Notes: a model not told the origin generated them from the sequence alone. 63,300 nt of DNA, filler included, from Hyphochytrium catenoides (GCA_900088475.1; 9 parts of 9 records of this genome joined end to end with filler, not necessarily neighbours in it); one strand, 5' to 3'. Shown: positions 1 to 19,035, numbered from the whole stretch's first letter. Made by a program: numbers and translations.

Positions 1-3000
1 GAGAGAGAGAAAGAAAGAGAGAGAGAAGGAGAGAGAAAGCGGAGTAGCGGAGAGACCATCTGCGAAAGAAGAGCGGGAGAGACTATGAAGAGACAGAGAA
101 AGGGAATGGAGAGACAAGAGAGACGGAAAGGGGAGCAAGACTAAGAAGAGAGAGAGGCTGGCGGAGGGAAGAAGGGCGCATCACCGTGAGGCAAGAAGAA
201 AGATCAGAGACAAAGTGACCAAAGGAGAAGGAACACAAAGGACGAAAGATGAACTTCAGGAAAGACAGATGTCGACAGCCATTTTCTATGAAGTGTGCAG
301 GAAAAGAAGGACATTAAGGAACAAACAGAGAGAGAGAGAGAGGGAGATAGAGATAGAGAAAGAACGGTCGGTCCACGAATGATAAACGAAAGGCAATGAA
401 GAGATGAACGTCATCATTAGGGAGAGGAAGTGCACGATGAATAAAGGAGAAGAGAGAAAAGAAAGAGGGAGAGGAATGGCAACCAGAGCGAGGAAAGGAC
501 AGACAGAGAGAAGAAGTGACTTGGAGAAAAAGGAAGAGAGAGCAGACCTCTCAAGAGAAGAGAGACTGGCGACCGAGAGAGAGAGGGAGAGAGAGAGGGA
601 CATCAACATATTAAGGGTTCTCTTCTCTCTCTGTCACATTGGTCCCTTATATAATGATCAGAAAGGCGATGAAGCAAGAAAAGCAAAAGGAGTGAGAGAG
701 AGAGAGCGTCTGATTCTTGTCATCCAGTAATGTCTTTCTTCTCTCTCTCTCTCTCTTTTCCCTTATCCCTCCGGACTTTAAAGGAGAGATAGAGAGAAGA
801 GGCTGAGAATTAACTTCTCTATTCTCTTTCAGGTGGTAGTTCTGCTCTTTCTCTCTCTTGACCGAGACTTCCTTTCTCCCTCTTGTCCGAGAGAAGTTCT
901 CTCTCTCCTCGGCGCCCGTTGTGTTTCTCACCTTCGCTTCTCTCTCTTCTCAAGCACTCCAACAATTCAAAAGATAAGACTTTAAGCCCCAGGATAAGCA
1001 GTCTTTTGAAATCAGAACTCTTTCTCTCCCTTTTCCTCTCTCTTTTTCTTTTTATGACTCCGCTGCTGAAAGTGTAGACACAGACAAAGTCTTCCTTCTT
1101 CCTCAAAACTTTTTCTCTTTCTATCAACTCTCTCTCCTTTCCCAATCGTCCTTGCTGCTTAACACTCTCTCTCTAGCGCCGCTGCTCCAGCGCTGGTCCC
1201 AGCAAAAAGCTCAAAGCCCTCTCTCTCTCTCTCTCTCTCTCTCTCGCGTCCACAAGAACCTAAAGCATCACTCTTTCGCTATTTCTCTCTCTCCCCATGG
1301 TCTCTCTCTCGTCAATAATCGCGCCCGTCTTGTCTTTAATGAAAGAAGGAACTCTCTCTCTCTCTCTCTCTCTCCATCCTGTCTCCTCGCCCTTGCTGCA
1401 CTGATCTAAAGATTACCAGTCCCAGACGCAGAAAAATCCACCAGAATCTCTCTCTCTCTCTCTCTCTCGTCTCCCCGGCGTTGCTGCTCTGGCCTAAATA
1501 AAATCTGCCCAGACCCAGAGAAGTCCAACGACGTCTCTCTCTCTCTCTCTCCGCCGCAACCACACGGCAGTGAATCATCTGTCAAGCGTCCCACAGTCTG
1601 CCTCCTCTCTCTCACTGTCTCTCTCTTTCCACTCCAATAACTCATGCGTCTCCACAGCTAGAGCTTTCCCTCTTTTCGCGTCTCCCTCTCTCCCTTTCCA
1701 TCTAGTTCTATCCAGTTTCTCAGTCTAGCCAAGATTGCTTCAAATGAACCCACTCTTACCTCTCTCTCTCTCTCTCTCTCTCTTTCCTTTCTCTCTCTCC
1801 CCCTCTCTCTTTCTTTCTATCTAGAGAAGAGTATTAGCTTCTTTCTTCCGCCTTCGCGTTTTTGCGCTACCTCGTTCGTTGTTCACAGAACTCCAACCTG
1901 GCGGTTAAAAAGGTATGGAAGAGGGAGAGAGAGAGAGAGAAATAGAGAGGGATCTCTTGGAGAAAGAATGATCTGATGTTCTCTCTCTCTTTGTCTCTCT
2001 CTCTCTCTCTCTCGGGTTTGTTCACTGCTAGGATTGTCCTCATCACCCGATAGAAGGCAAAAAGCTGCCTAATCAAATGTCTCAGTCCAAGAATGAGAAG
2101 AGAGGCCTCGTCCCTCTCTGTCTTCTCTCTCCTTCTTTACTTGAGTCACTGATTCCCTTTGTCTCTTAGAATGAGAACAAGACGGGCCTCATCTGTTTTT
2201 CTTTGTTGTTCACTGTTTCCCGTTCTCTCTCTCTCTCTCTCCCTCTCTCTCCTTCTCTCTCACTCTCCTTATTCAACTATCTTTCCCTTCTTCATGTGAC
2301 ACTTTCTTCCTCTCTCTCTCTCTCTCTCTCTCTGTCTGTCTATCTGTCTATCTATCAATATGAACTGACAAGAGCTCCGTTTTCCGCAAGTGCCAAGATC
2401 ACATCCATCACCTGACAGCGTCCAGACCTGGCGGCAGAGAAGAGACAAAGCCATCTTTTAGGTAGTCAAGAGAAACTTTCTCTCTCTTTTTCTCTCTCTT
2501 TCTCTCTCGCGCACACATAATGAGAGAGAGTGAGCATGCTGCAATGGTCTGAAAGACGCTATCCCCGGACTACTTTAGGAAGAACTCTTCCTTATCTCGT
2601 CTCTTGCTCCTCCTGTCCAACACTTGCCTCTCTTTCTTCTCTCTTTCTCTCTCTCTCCCGCTCTTTCTCTCTCGATATCACTTTCTCTTCTCCTGCGAAG
2701 GTCGAAGTTCAATTGTGAAGAGTCACACGGTGGGCGGAGATGCTACAGCTGCCGCAATGGGAGGCGGCGACAGCGCCACCCTTTCTCTCTCTCTCTTCTC
2801 TACCGTCCCATCAGTCTCTTCCACCTGCTACTTGTGTCTCTCTCTCTTCCGACAGTGTCCCGAACTGGCTGCATCCTTTCTTCTCCTGTCCACTGGACAG
2901 GACGTTCCTGTTCTTCTGCCCGTTGATGAAACGACAGTGGAGGAACAATATTTGAAGAGAAGGAGAGAGAGAGACAGGCTGGTTGGATCCACGTCAACAG

Positions 3001-3417
3001 GTGAAGGAAAGATTAGAAGAGGCAGAGAGAAAGAGAGAGAGAGAGATAGCTTATGGGTAGATTTTCCATAAAGAGAGAGAGAAAGAGAGGGGAGAGAGAG
3101 AGCGAAAGAGAGAGGAGTGAAAGAGAGAGAGCGCGAAAGAGAGAGAGAGTGAAAGAGAAGAGAGAGAGCGAAAGAGAGAGAGAGAAAGAGGATGGCTCCA
3201 AGTCTAAGGTATCAGAGAGAGAGAAAGAGCGAAGTGAAGCCATAGATAATACACTGTACAGGACTGTAGAGAGAACACTACAACACAGGATCTGGATGAG
3301 CAGACCTGAGACAGAGCGACCTCTTCGCTACACATAATGTTAGAACGGCGGGGAATAGAGGGAGAGCAAACCATCATCGTTTGCCACCAGACGTGTGTTG
3401 GGACCCAACTGCCAAGA

Positions 3418-3850
3418 TATTATCTTAGGGATTAGCTAAGACTGACATAATGTTAACCGTCCTCTAGGGAACGTTATCTTAGGCTTACTGGACTTCATAG
3501 GCAACATTAGGACACAATTGCGGATTCGCTAGTCCCAGATACCAGATACCGAGGTATTATCTTAGGCTAACGGAAGTCCATAGTTAATACTAGGGCACAA
3601 TTGTGGACTGCTGTACCCCAGACACCAGATATTATCTTAGGCTTCGTAAACTACATAGCTAATATCAGGTGAGGCTACCCAACGTCCAATTTGGGTCCAC
3701 CAATGTATTATCTTAGGCCTATTATAACCCATATCTAACATTAGGATTCTTTCCCAATTGTGCTCCTGATACTTTCGCCAACATTATCTTAGGCCTAGAA
3801 GCCTCTATACCTGTTTTCAGCAAGAACGCTATGTCGCTTATACCTTAGGC
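3418..3850. repeat. Degenerate tandem array of 7 units (54-83 bp period) with conserved box TATTATCTTAGGC
   Basis: Box copies start at 3418, 3472, 3555, 3630, 3706, 3782 and 3838. In units 2-5 the box is followed by 11 variable nt, then CATAG/CATAT-NN-AAYAYYAGG. Confidence 0.85.
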
Positions 3851-5401
3851 GTTGAGGAACTGTCTTGGATATCACTAGATCTGCGTTGTAGGTGTTCAGA
3901 TCAGCTGTCAGTGCCAGCGGTACCACTATAAATGACAGGCTTCTGTGTCTATGCTAATGCCAGTGACAGCTGTAGGCACCAAGCAACAATAATCTCCACA
4001 TTGCCCTACTATTAGGATGGACTGGTGGTTTGGAGAGAAGTACTGTAGAAATAACCAAACATCATCCTATCACCAACCTTTCCTCTCTCTTGCCTCTCCG
4101 TCTCTTTCATCACTTCATTTCGAAGAAATTTGAAGAGCCAGCAGGGAAACATGCACATTCCACCCACTGTCTGCTCTGAATGTGAAGGGCTATCACCTAC
4201 ATTTACTCGGCCCCGCCCTCTATGCGCAAAGGGCCAAGTCGCTTAATGGCGGGTGGCCCCAAAGGCGACAAAAATAGGAGAAACAGATAGGATTTCTTAC
4301 AGTTACAAATAATCTCCATCATATACTGTTCAACTTTCGCCTTATCATAACTAATAAACTCACTTATATCCGACATCAATAGGATGATTTCGTTTAAATC
4401 GGGGTTTTCTTATGTCGAAGCGGTGACGACTGGCCACCCTTCGTTGTGTGGCCCTCTACGTAGGGTCCGTTACACAAGACATGAAGCGTGACAGTCCGAG
4501 TGCCATATCCTCATACATAAAATCAGGTGCCAAGCCACTCGAGGTGTGGTGCAGGGTGGACATCGACTCATTTTTAGGATAGAGGATGATCGAGACAGTG
4601 AGGCGAAAGCCATCCTGGAAGAAGACAGGAGATAAAACGACCAGAGAAGGAGAGCCTCACTTGCAAGACAGAGGAGTGCAAGAGATACCAGAAAATACTA
4701 AATAAGGGATGTTGCAAGGAGAAAGAGTGACTAGAGAGAGGACTGGACATGATAAATGCCTTTCTTTGGCTTTCTACAATCTTTCCAACTCCTTCAATCT
4801 TTCCCTTTGTGGTTTGTGGCCTCTGGTAAAAGCTAAACAGGATAAGGATTGTTTCATCTAAGAAACTGAAGCTATCATCGGAAATATTTCTAGAGTCCTC
4901 AGCACAGTGCAATATTAAGAGGCTGTCAGACCACTACAAGTACTCGTACCCCCGCATTTCTAATAAAATTTAGCCGTTAGCGGTCTTGGCCCCAAATATT
5001 TCCACATTTGTTGTTGACGTTTTTCGCCGGCTGAGGTGGACAAAGANNNNNNNNNNNNNNNNNNNNNNNNNNNNNNNNNNNNNNNNNNNNNNNNNNNNNN
5101 NNNNNNNNNNNNNNNNNNNNNNNGGACAGCGTATACTATGGAGAGGGAGAGAGAGAATACGCCACTAGAAATGTGTATACTTTATATCCTTCCACTGAAA
5201 GCACAAAGGAGCGAGCGAGCGAGAGAGAGAGAGAGAGAGCGCCTAAACCAGCTATTCCATTCCCCAGTCGACCGTTACTGCATTTTTACCTGAAAGAATA
5301 CCTCACCCTGCAAAGCACGCTTAGTATCCGCGGTAGGCCATCACCACATAGTTCTGAAGATAAGCCGGCCAAGCTTATCGCTATGCAGGTAGGCATGTGC
5401 T

Positions 5402-5463
<62 letters not shown>

Positions 5464-5996
5464 CTCTGTCTCGCTCTCTGTCTCTCCCTCTCTCTTTCTT
5501 CTCTCTCTTTCTCTCGTTTCCTTACACCGTCTGGCTTGTTCCTTTCCTATTAATCGTCCGCTCATCCTGATGTCTCTTCCATCTTCAGCCCGTCATCACT
5601 GTGTATCGCACTTTAAAGTGATGATGATGTCCCTTGCTCTCTCTCCCTTCTCCGCCCCCTGACTGTGTACAGGCCCCCTCATCTCTCTCTCTCTCTCTGC
5701 TTTTCTCTCTCTCTTTCCCTCTTCCACTCAATCTGAAAGCATACGGCAGACCGTCTCCTACGGCTTTGGAGTCTCTCTCTCTCCAGAACGTCAGAATTCG
5801 TTTGGCACGCCGACTGTGAGCTTGAACCACGGCAAGCAGCGCGCGCTTTTCTGATTCTTCCCCATCGTTAAACCCTTCTCTCTTCCCTCTTTTTCCTCGG
5901 ATTTGTCGACTCCATCTCTCGCTCTATCTCCCTCTCTCTCTCGCGTCCTGCGATCATTTATCCACCCAGAAAAGGGAAGAAAGCATTGCATCGTCG

Positions 5997-6027
<31 letters not shown>

Positions 6028-6166
6028 TCATTTTTGTGCCTCTTTATCCCACTTTCTCCTTTTCGCGGGGGCAAGTGCAGGATCTGGAATAATTCTACGT
6101 CCTTACTCATAATAAGACTGCTTTTATGCGCCATTGTTCCCGATATCTTCACCAGCACGAGACAGA

Positions 6167-9100
6167 ATGGCTTCTTTAGGGCTTCTTTGTCTCCTGAAGA
6201 GAAAGAAGACAACCCTCCTTGCTCTTGTCGTCTCTCTCTCTCTTCTCCTTCTCTCCTCCAACATTAACTATGGCGCCGCCTCTCCTCTTCTACGCCACCT
6301 GCAGTTCCAGCAGCCGCAGCAACAGGCAGGAGGAGCCGTCATCGGAACAGGAACAACCACGTCTTCCACTGGCTTTGGCTCAGGTTCTACGACAGCGCAA
6401 CAGCAGCCCATCAACAGCGTAGGAAGCGGTGTTTCTTCTTCCGCTTCTCTCCCTGCCGCTGGCTCTTCCACTTCTACCACACAGCAGGTGGGAGGAAGCG
6501 CAACAACAGGAGGAGCCTTTCCTCCTGCTGCTGCCTCTTCGTCTACCTTCCCACAGCAGCAGCAGCAGCAGCAGCCCGTCTCTTCTTCTTCTTCCGTGGC
6601 GACGGGACCGACAAAAACAATCGGAGGCGGAGGCGTCACAACTGGCCAGCAGCAAGCTCTGGGAGCCACGGGCTTCCAGTCTGAACAGCTGCTTGCTGAG
6701 GGAGGAGCAGGAGCAGCAGGAGAGGGAGGAGAGAAGAAAGAGAAAGAGCATCCCAAGACGCCGTTCAGCAGCGGGAAAGACTTCCTCAACACCGTTGTCT
6801 TTCTCTTAGGCTTCACCATTGTCTTGGTCGCCGCGCGGCCGCTAGGAATGTTCTTCCCTCGCTATCTCAAGCTTCCTCTCATCACTGGCTATCTCTTTGT
6901 TGGCATTGCCTGTGGGCCGTTCGTCACGTCTCTTCTCTCGAAAGAGCTGGTAGAGATGCTGTCCAAGTATGTCAACGCGCTGGCTCTGTCTTTCATCTCT
7001 TTCCAAGCGGGACAAGAGATCTACCTTCCAGAGTTAAAGCCACAACTCAAGGGCATTGCCATTCTTCTTGGCTCTCTCTTTGTCGTCACCATGATCCTCG
7101 TCACCACGGTCTTGACATTAGCTGCTGATCCTTTCTTCTATGGCGACTTTAGCGGTCCTTGCAAGCTTGCCATCGCGCTGATGTTCGGCTCTATCGCGGT
7201 GCTGGGCTCTCCAGCAACCGTGATGGCCATCAAGATCGAGTTGGACAGCAATGGGCCGTTCACGAACCTGATGCTTGGCGCCACGATGACTGCAGAGTTC
7301 GTGGTGCTGGTGGCGTTCTCTATCTCTCGCATTGTCTCTTCCATCTATTGCGCAAAGCTTAACATTGACGCTGGCGGCCTGATGTTCACCATGAGCATTG
7401 TCTTTGCTAACATTATCGTGGGCTTGATCATTGGACTCATCATCATCGGGATCTTCCTGATTCCTGGGCCGCCAGGCCATGGACATCACGGTCATGGTGA
7501 AGAAGGACACGATGCAGCAGGAGCAGGAGAGAGAGAGAAAGCTCTCGCCATTGAGATGGAAGATGGCCATCACGCTGGCGCGGGACCAACGGACAAAGGC
7601 ACTTGCTCTCAACGGATCTTTGGCTCTCTCGCGTTCAAGGGATTTCTATGGCTTTTCATGGGCTTTGTCTGGTTCATTGGAACGGAGCTCATCTCTGAGA
7701 CGTCTATTGAGCACTTTGGCCTTGTCTGGGACGTCAAGTTTGAGCCTCTTCTCGTGCTGATGGTTGCCTCTTGTCTGGCTGGCCATTATGTGAAGATCAG
7801 GCACGATATGCACATTATCTTGGACGCTGCGGCGCCATACATGTTCCTGCCGTTCTTCACAATGACAGGCGCAGCGCTAAAGCTCGACCAGGTCCTCGGC
7901 GCTGTGCCGCTGATGTCTCTCTTTGTCGGTCTGCGGATGTTTGCCATCTTCGTCTCTTGCTATCTCGCCGGGCGCTACTTGTTGCGTTTGCCGCCTCATC
8001 AGTATAATAATCTATGGCTTACGCTCACGCCACAAGCTGGTGTGGCACTCGGTCTCGCCAATGAAGTGAAGAATCTGTCCGAAGATCCGTGGGCCGCAGA
8101 GTTTGCCGCCACGATTGTCGCTGCTGTTGTTATCAACCAGATTATTGGGCCTGTGCTCTGCGCGATGGGGCTGAAAAAAGCAGGAGAGAGCGCGGAAGCG
8201 CGGGCGCTGAGAGGAGCAGAAGATGGAGACGATGGTGATCACGATGAAGAAGAAGCGAGAGACATGGTTCCTGGTATGCAGAAGAAGAAAGGCGGCGCAG
8301 GAGGAGGAAAAGCAGGCAGAGATCTCTCCTATTTCCGCGTGAGAAACGCTGTCGTCATCGGACAGACTGACATTGCCTTTGAGATTGCTCTGCAACTCTC
8401 TCTCCAGGGCGCCAAGGTCACTGTTCCTCTCCTGGATGAGGAGAGACAGGCCAGATGGGAGAAGATCAGTGACATTCTGAGAGAAGGCGGAAGAGCCAGA
8501 CAGATCTCTTTCACGAATGACCTCGTTCTGCACCGCACGGCGGGAGAGAGAGAGGGAGAGAAGAGAGAAGGAGAGAGAAGAGGCGCTGTGGACAAGTCTA
8601 CGGACGTCATTGTCTTTACACAGGATCTACAGAAGACACTGGAGCAGTGCAAGATCCTCAAGAGCACTCTCTCTCTCTCTTCTCCGCGCCTCATCGCCGT
8701 CATGGAGCCTTCTCCCGCTGGCGTTGAAGCTCTAAGAGAGTTAGGCGTCCACGTTGTCCAGCCCTCCATCACTCTTGCCAACATTACCACGCGGATTGCG
8801 ATGGTAGGAGAGGAAGACGCGTTCTCTCTCTCTACGGAAACAAGCGCAGCGGATGGTTTCTCTCTCGGTTCATACTTTAGAGCCTCGACCGCCTCTCCTT
8901 ACATGCGTTTCTCAGAGAGAAGAATGTCCATCGGGAGAAATCTTATTGGTTTCCATGGCATTCACTATGGCGTTGTGAGAGAAGCTCTGGAAGACGAAGA
9001 TCTTCTCTCTCTCCCGCCTGCCCGTGTCTCGATGTTTGGTCTGGGAGGAGATGAAGGGACACAGAGAGCCTCCGCGGCATACAAGTTTAGAAGACAGCGC

Positions 9101-9286
9101 TCTTCGCTTACCGGGGGTGGAGGAGAGAGAGAGAGAGGGAGAGACAGCTACTCTCTCTATCGCTCTCCTGCAATGAACGGAGGAAGAAGAAGTGTCCGAG
9201 GAGTGAGACAGATGGCAGCACCTTCTCCTCTTCCTCTCACTACCAAGCCACGAGGAGGAGGAAGTGATCAAGACAGAGAACTCTAA
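6167..9286 (+). CDS. Cation/H+ antiporter (Na_H_Exchanger, CPA2-like) with signal peptide, low-complexity N-terminus and degenerate C-terminal RCK/TrkA_N-like domain
   Basis: Intronless ORF from ATG 6167 with about 12-13 hydrophobic segments. Motifs: LPLITGYLFVGIACGP, ALSFISFQAGQE, GSPATVMAI, FLPFFTMTGAAL, PQAGVALGLA, INQIIGP. A Rossmann-like NAVVIGQTDIAFEIALQL follows the membrane domain. Confidence 0.9.
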   Translation: MASLGLLCLLKRKKTTLLALVVSLSLLLLSSNINYGAASPLLRHLQFQQPQQQAGGAVIGTGTTTSSTGFGSGSTTAQQQPINSVGSGVSSSASLPAAGSSTSTTQQVGGSATTGGAFPPAAASSSTFPQQQQQQQPVSSSSSVATGPTKTIGGGGVTTGQQQALGATGFQSEQLLAEGGAGAAGEGGEKKEKEHPKTPFSSGKDFLNTVVFLLGFTIVLVAARPLGMFFPRYLKLPLITGYLFVGIACGPFVTSLLSKELVEMLSKYVNALALSFISFQAGQEIYLPELKPQLKGIAILLGSLFVVTMILVTTVLTLAADPFFYGDFSGPCKLAIALMFGSIAVLGSPATVMAIKIELDSNGPFTNLMLGATMTAEFVVLVAFSISRIVSSIYCAKLNIDAGGLMFTMSIVFANIIVGLIIGLIIIGIFLIPGPPGHGHHGHGEEGHDAAGAGEREKALAIEMEDGHHAGAGPTDKGTCSQRIFGSLAFKGFLWLFMGFVWFIGTELISETSIEHFGLVWDVKFEPLLVLMVASCLAGHYVKIRHDMHIILDAAAPYMFLPFFTMTGAALKLDQVLGAVPLMSLFVGLRMFAIFVSCYLAGRYLLRLPPHQYNNLWLTLTPQAGVALGLANEVKNLSEDPWAAEFAATIVAAVVINQIIGPVLCAMGLKKAGESAEARALRGAEDGDDGDHDEEEARDMVPGMQKKKGGAGGGKAGRDLSYFRVRNAVVIGQTDIAFEIALQLSLQGAKVTVPLLDEERQARWEKISDILREGGRARQISFTNDLVLHRTAGEREGEKREGERRGAVDKSTDVIVFTQDLQKTLEQCKILKSTLSLSSPRLIAVMEPSPAGVEALRELGVHVVQPSITLANITTRIAMVGEEDAFSLSTETSAADGFSLGSYFRASTASPYMRFSERRMSIGRNLIGFHGIHYGVVREALEDEDLLSLPPARVSMFGLGGDEGTQRASAAYKFRRQRSSLTGGGGERERGRDSYSLYRSPAMNGGRRSVRGVRQMAAPSPLPLTTKPRGGGSDQDREL

Positions 9287-9294
9287 TAAATGAG

Positions 9295-9326
<32 letters not shown>

Positions 9327-9944
9327 AAGTGTCGCCAACTTGTGGCTTATTTTCCTGAGTGCATTTCAAGGTTTATTATTTAGTCCCAATAATACACAGA
9401 GTTACTCCGACAGAAATTCTTCTTTCTTCCCTCTTCTCTCTCTCTCTCTCTGGTGCTACCTCTCCCTTTTTTTCCTTCCTTTCTCCTCTTCTCTCTCTTG
9501 TCTTTTTCTGTTTCTGTCTCTCAATTGCTCATCGCTCTTCTTGCCCTAGCCTGTCAGTGACTCTTTCTCTCTCTTCCTCTCTCTTCAAAACAGCCTTGCT
9601 CGTCTCTCTCTTCTCTCTTTGTGTGTCGTCTCTTCTTCCTCTCTCGCTCTCTCCTCTCTCTCCTCTCTGTAATGTTTCCTTACTTTGACCATCTCGCCCT
9701 AGGATTGGGGCAATCCTGCCTCTCTCCTCTTTCTCTCTTCTCTCTCTCTTCTCTTCTCTCTCTCTTCTCTCTCTTTTTTTTTCTATTTTCGCCTTAATAG
9801 GTTGCGGCTCTTCGTCACCCTGTTCTACTCCTTTTCTCCACTTCTCTCTCTCTCTTTAATCTCCCTCTTCTTTCTCTCTCCCTCTACATGAAGAAAATAT
9901 GTATGTGGCTCCCTCTCCTCTGTTTGTCTCTCTTCTGTCGCCCG

Positions 9945-9979
<35 letters not shown>

Positions 9980-11187
9980 TTTTTATTCACCCTTCTCTCT
10001 CCCTCTCTCTCTCTCTCTCTGTCTCCTTCCTCCGTGGTCTCTCTTCTACCCCAAAATCTTCTTTCTGTCTCCTTTGTCGTTCGCATAGATGTATAATCTT
10101 CTTTCTCTTCCTTCTCAAGTATATCTCTTCGCTATCTTCTTTCCCTCTTTTTGTTTCTCCATCTCCTTCATGCCCCGTCTCCCTCTATCTCTGTCTCTGT
10201 CTTCTCCTTTACTCTCTTCGCTTTTTTCTCTCTCTTTCTTCTCTCCCTCTTTTTTGTCTTTCGCTTTTTCTCTCTCTCTCTCTCTTTCATCGTCTCCCTC
10301 TCCTCATTTCTTTTATTCTTTCTCTCTGATGGCCGTCTATCTATGTAGAACCACTAGATATCGAGAGAAAAGAGAGAGAGAGACATGAAAGAGAGAGAGA
10401 GAGAGAAGAGAAAGAAATAGATCTTCTCCCTCTTCAGAAGATAGACCATTAGATAAGGAGCCATTATATATTGATAAGTAAGAGAGAAGGAAGAAGAGAG
10501 AGAGAGGCGAGCAAGAGCAAAAAGAGATATCAAGAGAGAGAGAGAGAGATAAATCAGAAATAACGATTGTGAAAAAAAATGAGAGAGAAGAAAAGAGCGA
10601 AAAAGAGAAGAGAGGAAAAGAGAGAACCGAAGCAGAGAAGAAGGAGAGAGACATAAATTTAAGCAAGAGAGAAGGGAGCGAGACAGAGATGAACTAGAAA
10701 AGAGAGAGAGAACTCAAGAGAGAGAGAGAGAGAGAGAGAGGTAAGAGAAAAAGTAGTGCGAGACAGAGAACGAGAAAGGAAATCAGAGATGAAGATGTAA
10801 GGAGATATCGGAGAGGAAGAGTTAGAGGGAAGCCTAACAAATAAAGGGAGAAGCTGGCCAACGAGACACTTTTACCCCCAAAATAATAGCGTCAGACTGA
10901 AAATAGCACAGCTCACGAGGATAATACTTTATTCCTTCAGTTGCGTTAGTCATAGATCCCTAAGTATATTCGTTACGAATATCCGGGTAGCTAATCTCGG
11001 TAATTCGTGCTGGTGTGCTGGTCTCTTATGATTCTCACGTCTACTTTTCTTGCCTTCCTGATCTGTGAGAGAGAGAGAGCAAGAGACCAAACACTCTTTC
11101 TCTCAATCTCTCTACTCCCAGCTCTCCCTCTCTCTCTCTCTCTNNNNNNNNNNNNNNNNNNNNNNNNNNNNNNNNNNNNNNNNNNNN

Positions 11188-11199
11188 TTAATTAATTAA
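11188..11199. other. Artificial scaffold linker (TTAATTAATTAA, six-frame stop, flanked by N runs)
   Basis: The identical linker recurs at 18684, 30482, 32856, 50674, 55613, 59035 and 61393. Confidence 0.97.
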
Positions 11200-11653
11200 N
11201 NNNNNNNNNNNNNNNNNNNNNNNNNNNNNNNNNNNNNNNNNNNGAGAGAGAGAGAGAGAGAGAAGGCGAGTGAGAAAGGCGTTTTGGGTTCGTGAGAGAG
11301 AAGGCTGTTCAATTAAACAGAGAAGGAAGAGGGAAGAGAGAGAGGGTATGAGAGAGAGAGGAGACAGTGCTGGAGCGATCCAGGAGAGCAGATAAGAGTG
11401 CGGAAGAACAGGTTACACATGGGGAGAGAGAGAGAAAGAGAAAAGGCTTTAAATGGCAGCCAGGTAGATGTCTAGGAGAGTGAGATGCCTCTCCACACGA
11501 TATATCACAGAGAGAGACAGAGAGAGAGAGAGAGAGAGGCGAGAGAGGCGAAAGAGACAGGGAGAGAGGAGAGTGAGAGAGGAAGAGAGGGAAAGAGACC
11601 ACACGATATGTAAGAGAGTGAGAGAGAGAGAGAGAAAGAGAGGAGAGAGAGAA

Positions 11654-11686
<33 letters not shown>

Positions 11687-11708
11687 AAAAGAGAGATGCC
11701 GCACTTAC

Positions 11709-18292
<6,584 letters not shown>

Positions 18293-19035
18293 CGTCTGCA
18301 GCGTTCTTCAACTTCTAATCTGAAGCTCTTAGAAGCCCAAGACGCATGGGCCTGCCTCCCCGCAGCTATCTCCACATTATCTATCTGTCTCAATGCCTTG
18401 AATCTGCGTGGAGACTTGACAAGAGCTCCATCCGCAGAGATCTTCTCTTCTGCCACATCGCCGACGGGGAGGAAGAAGTTGCAGTGTGGCGTCTTCTACT
18501 TCATCTTTGGTCTGTTCTCTCCTGCCCCTATATTCAGATTATACAGGCAGATCTACAGTGGGGAGTACAACAGAGACGGGAGAAGGAGAAAAACAAGGGG
18601 AGAGAGAGAGTTGTGAGAGAGAGAGAGAGAGAGAGAGAGNNNNNNNNNNNNNNNNNNNNNNNNNNNNNNNNNNNNNNNNNNNNTTAATTAATTAANNNNN
18701 NNNNNNNNNNNNNNNNNNNNNNNNNNNNNNNNNNNNNNNCTAATAAAGGGATTCCACGGTTCTGTTCTCTCTTTTCTCCTCTCTCTCTTCTCCCTCTCTT
18801 CTCTGTGGTCGTAATCTCTCTCCGCTTCCGGTCCTTCCCTCTCCGTTTCTCTTCCACACTCTAATTATCGCTGCTGCGCTGATGTTGTCGTCTCACACAT
18901 CCTACCTTTCTCTCTCTCTCTCTCTCTCCCCCTCTCTCTGTCTCTCTCTCTCTCTCCCTCTCTCTCTGTCTCTCTCTCTCTGTCTCTCTGTCTCTCTCTC
19001 TCTCTCGTCCTCTGTTTCTTCTTGTCGGCCTCCAG

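Noticed and set aside
3418-3850. Canonical CRISPR array
   Set aside because: The repeat is only 13 nt, spacing is irregular, linkers are partly homologous to each other, there are no cas genes and the context is eukaryotic. Kept only as an unexplained array.
4205-4470. Weak inverted similarity (AGGGCCA..GGGTGGCC versus GGCCACCC..TGGCCCT)
   Set aside because: Too short and gapped to call TIRs, and no target-site duplication.
9270-9286. C-terminal DREL of the antiporter as an ER-retention signal
   Set aside because: It is non-canonical and the tail is probably cytosolic.
11144-11243. Recurrent TTAATTAATTAA as a biological repeat or piggyBac TTAA site, and gene clustering across it
   Set aside because: It always sits in the middle of 100-bp N blocks and is an assembly linker. 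Neighbourhoods across it carry no meaning.
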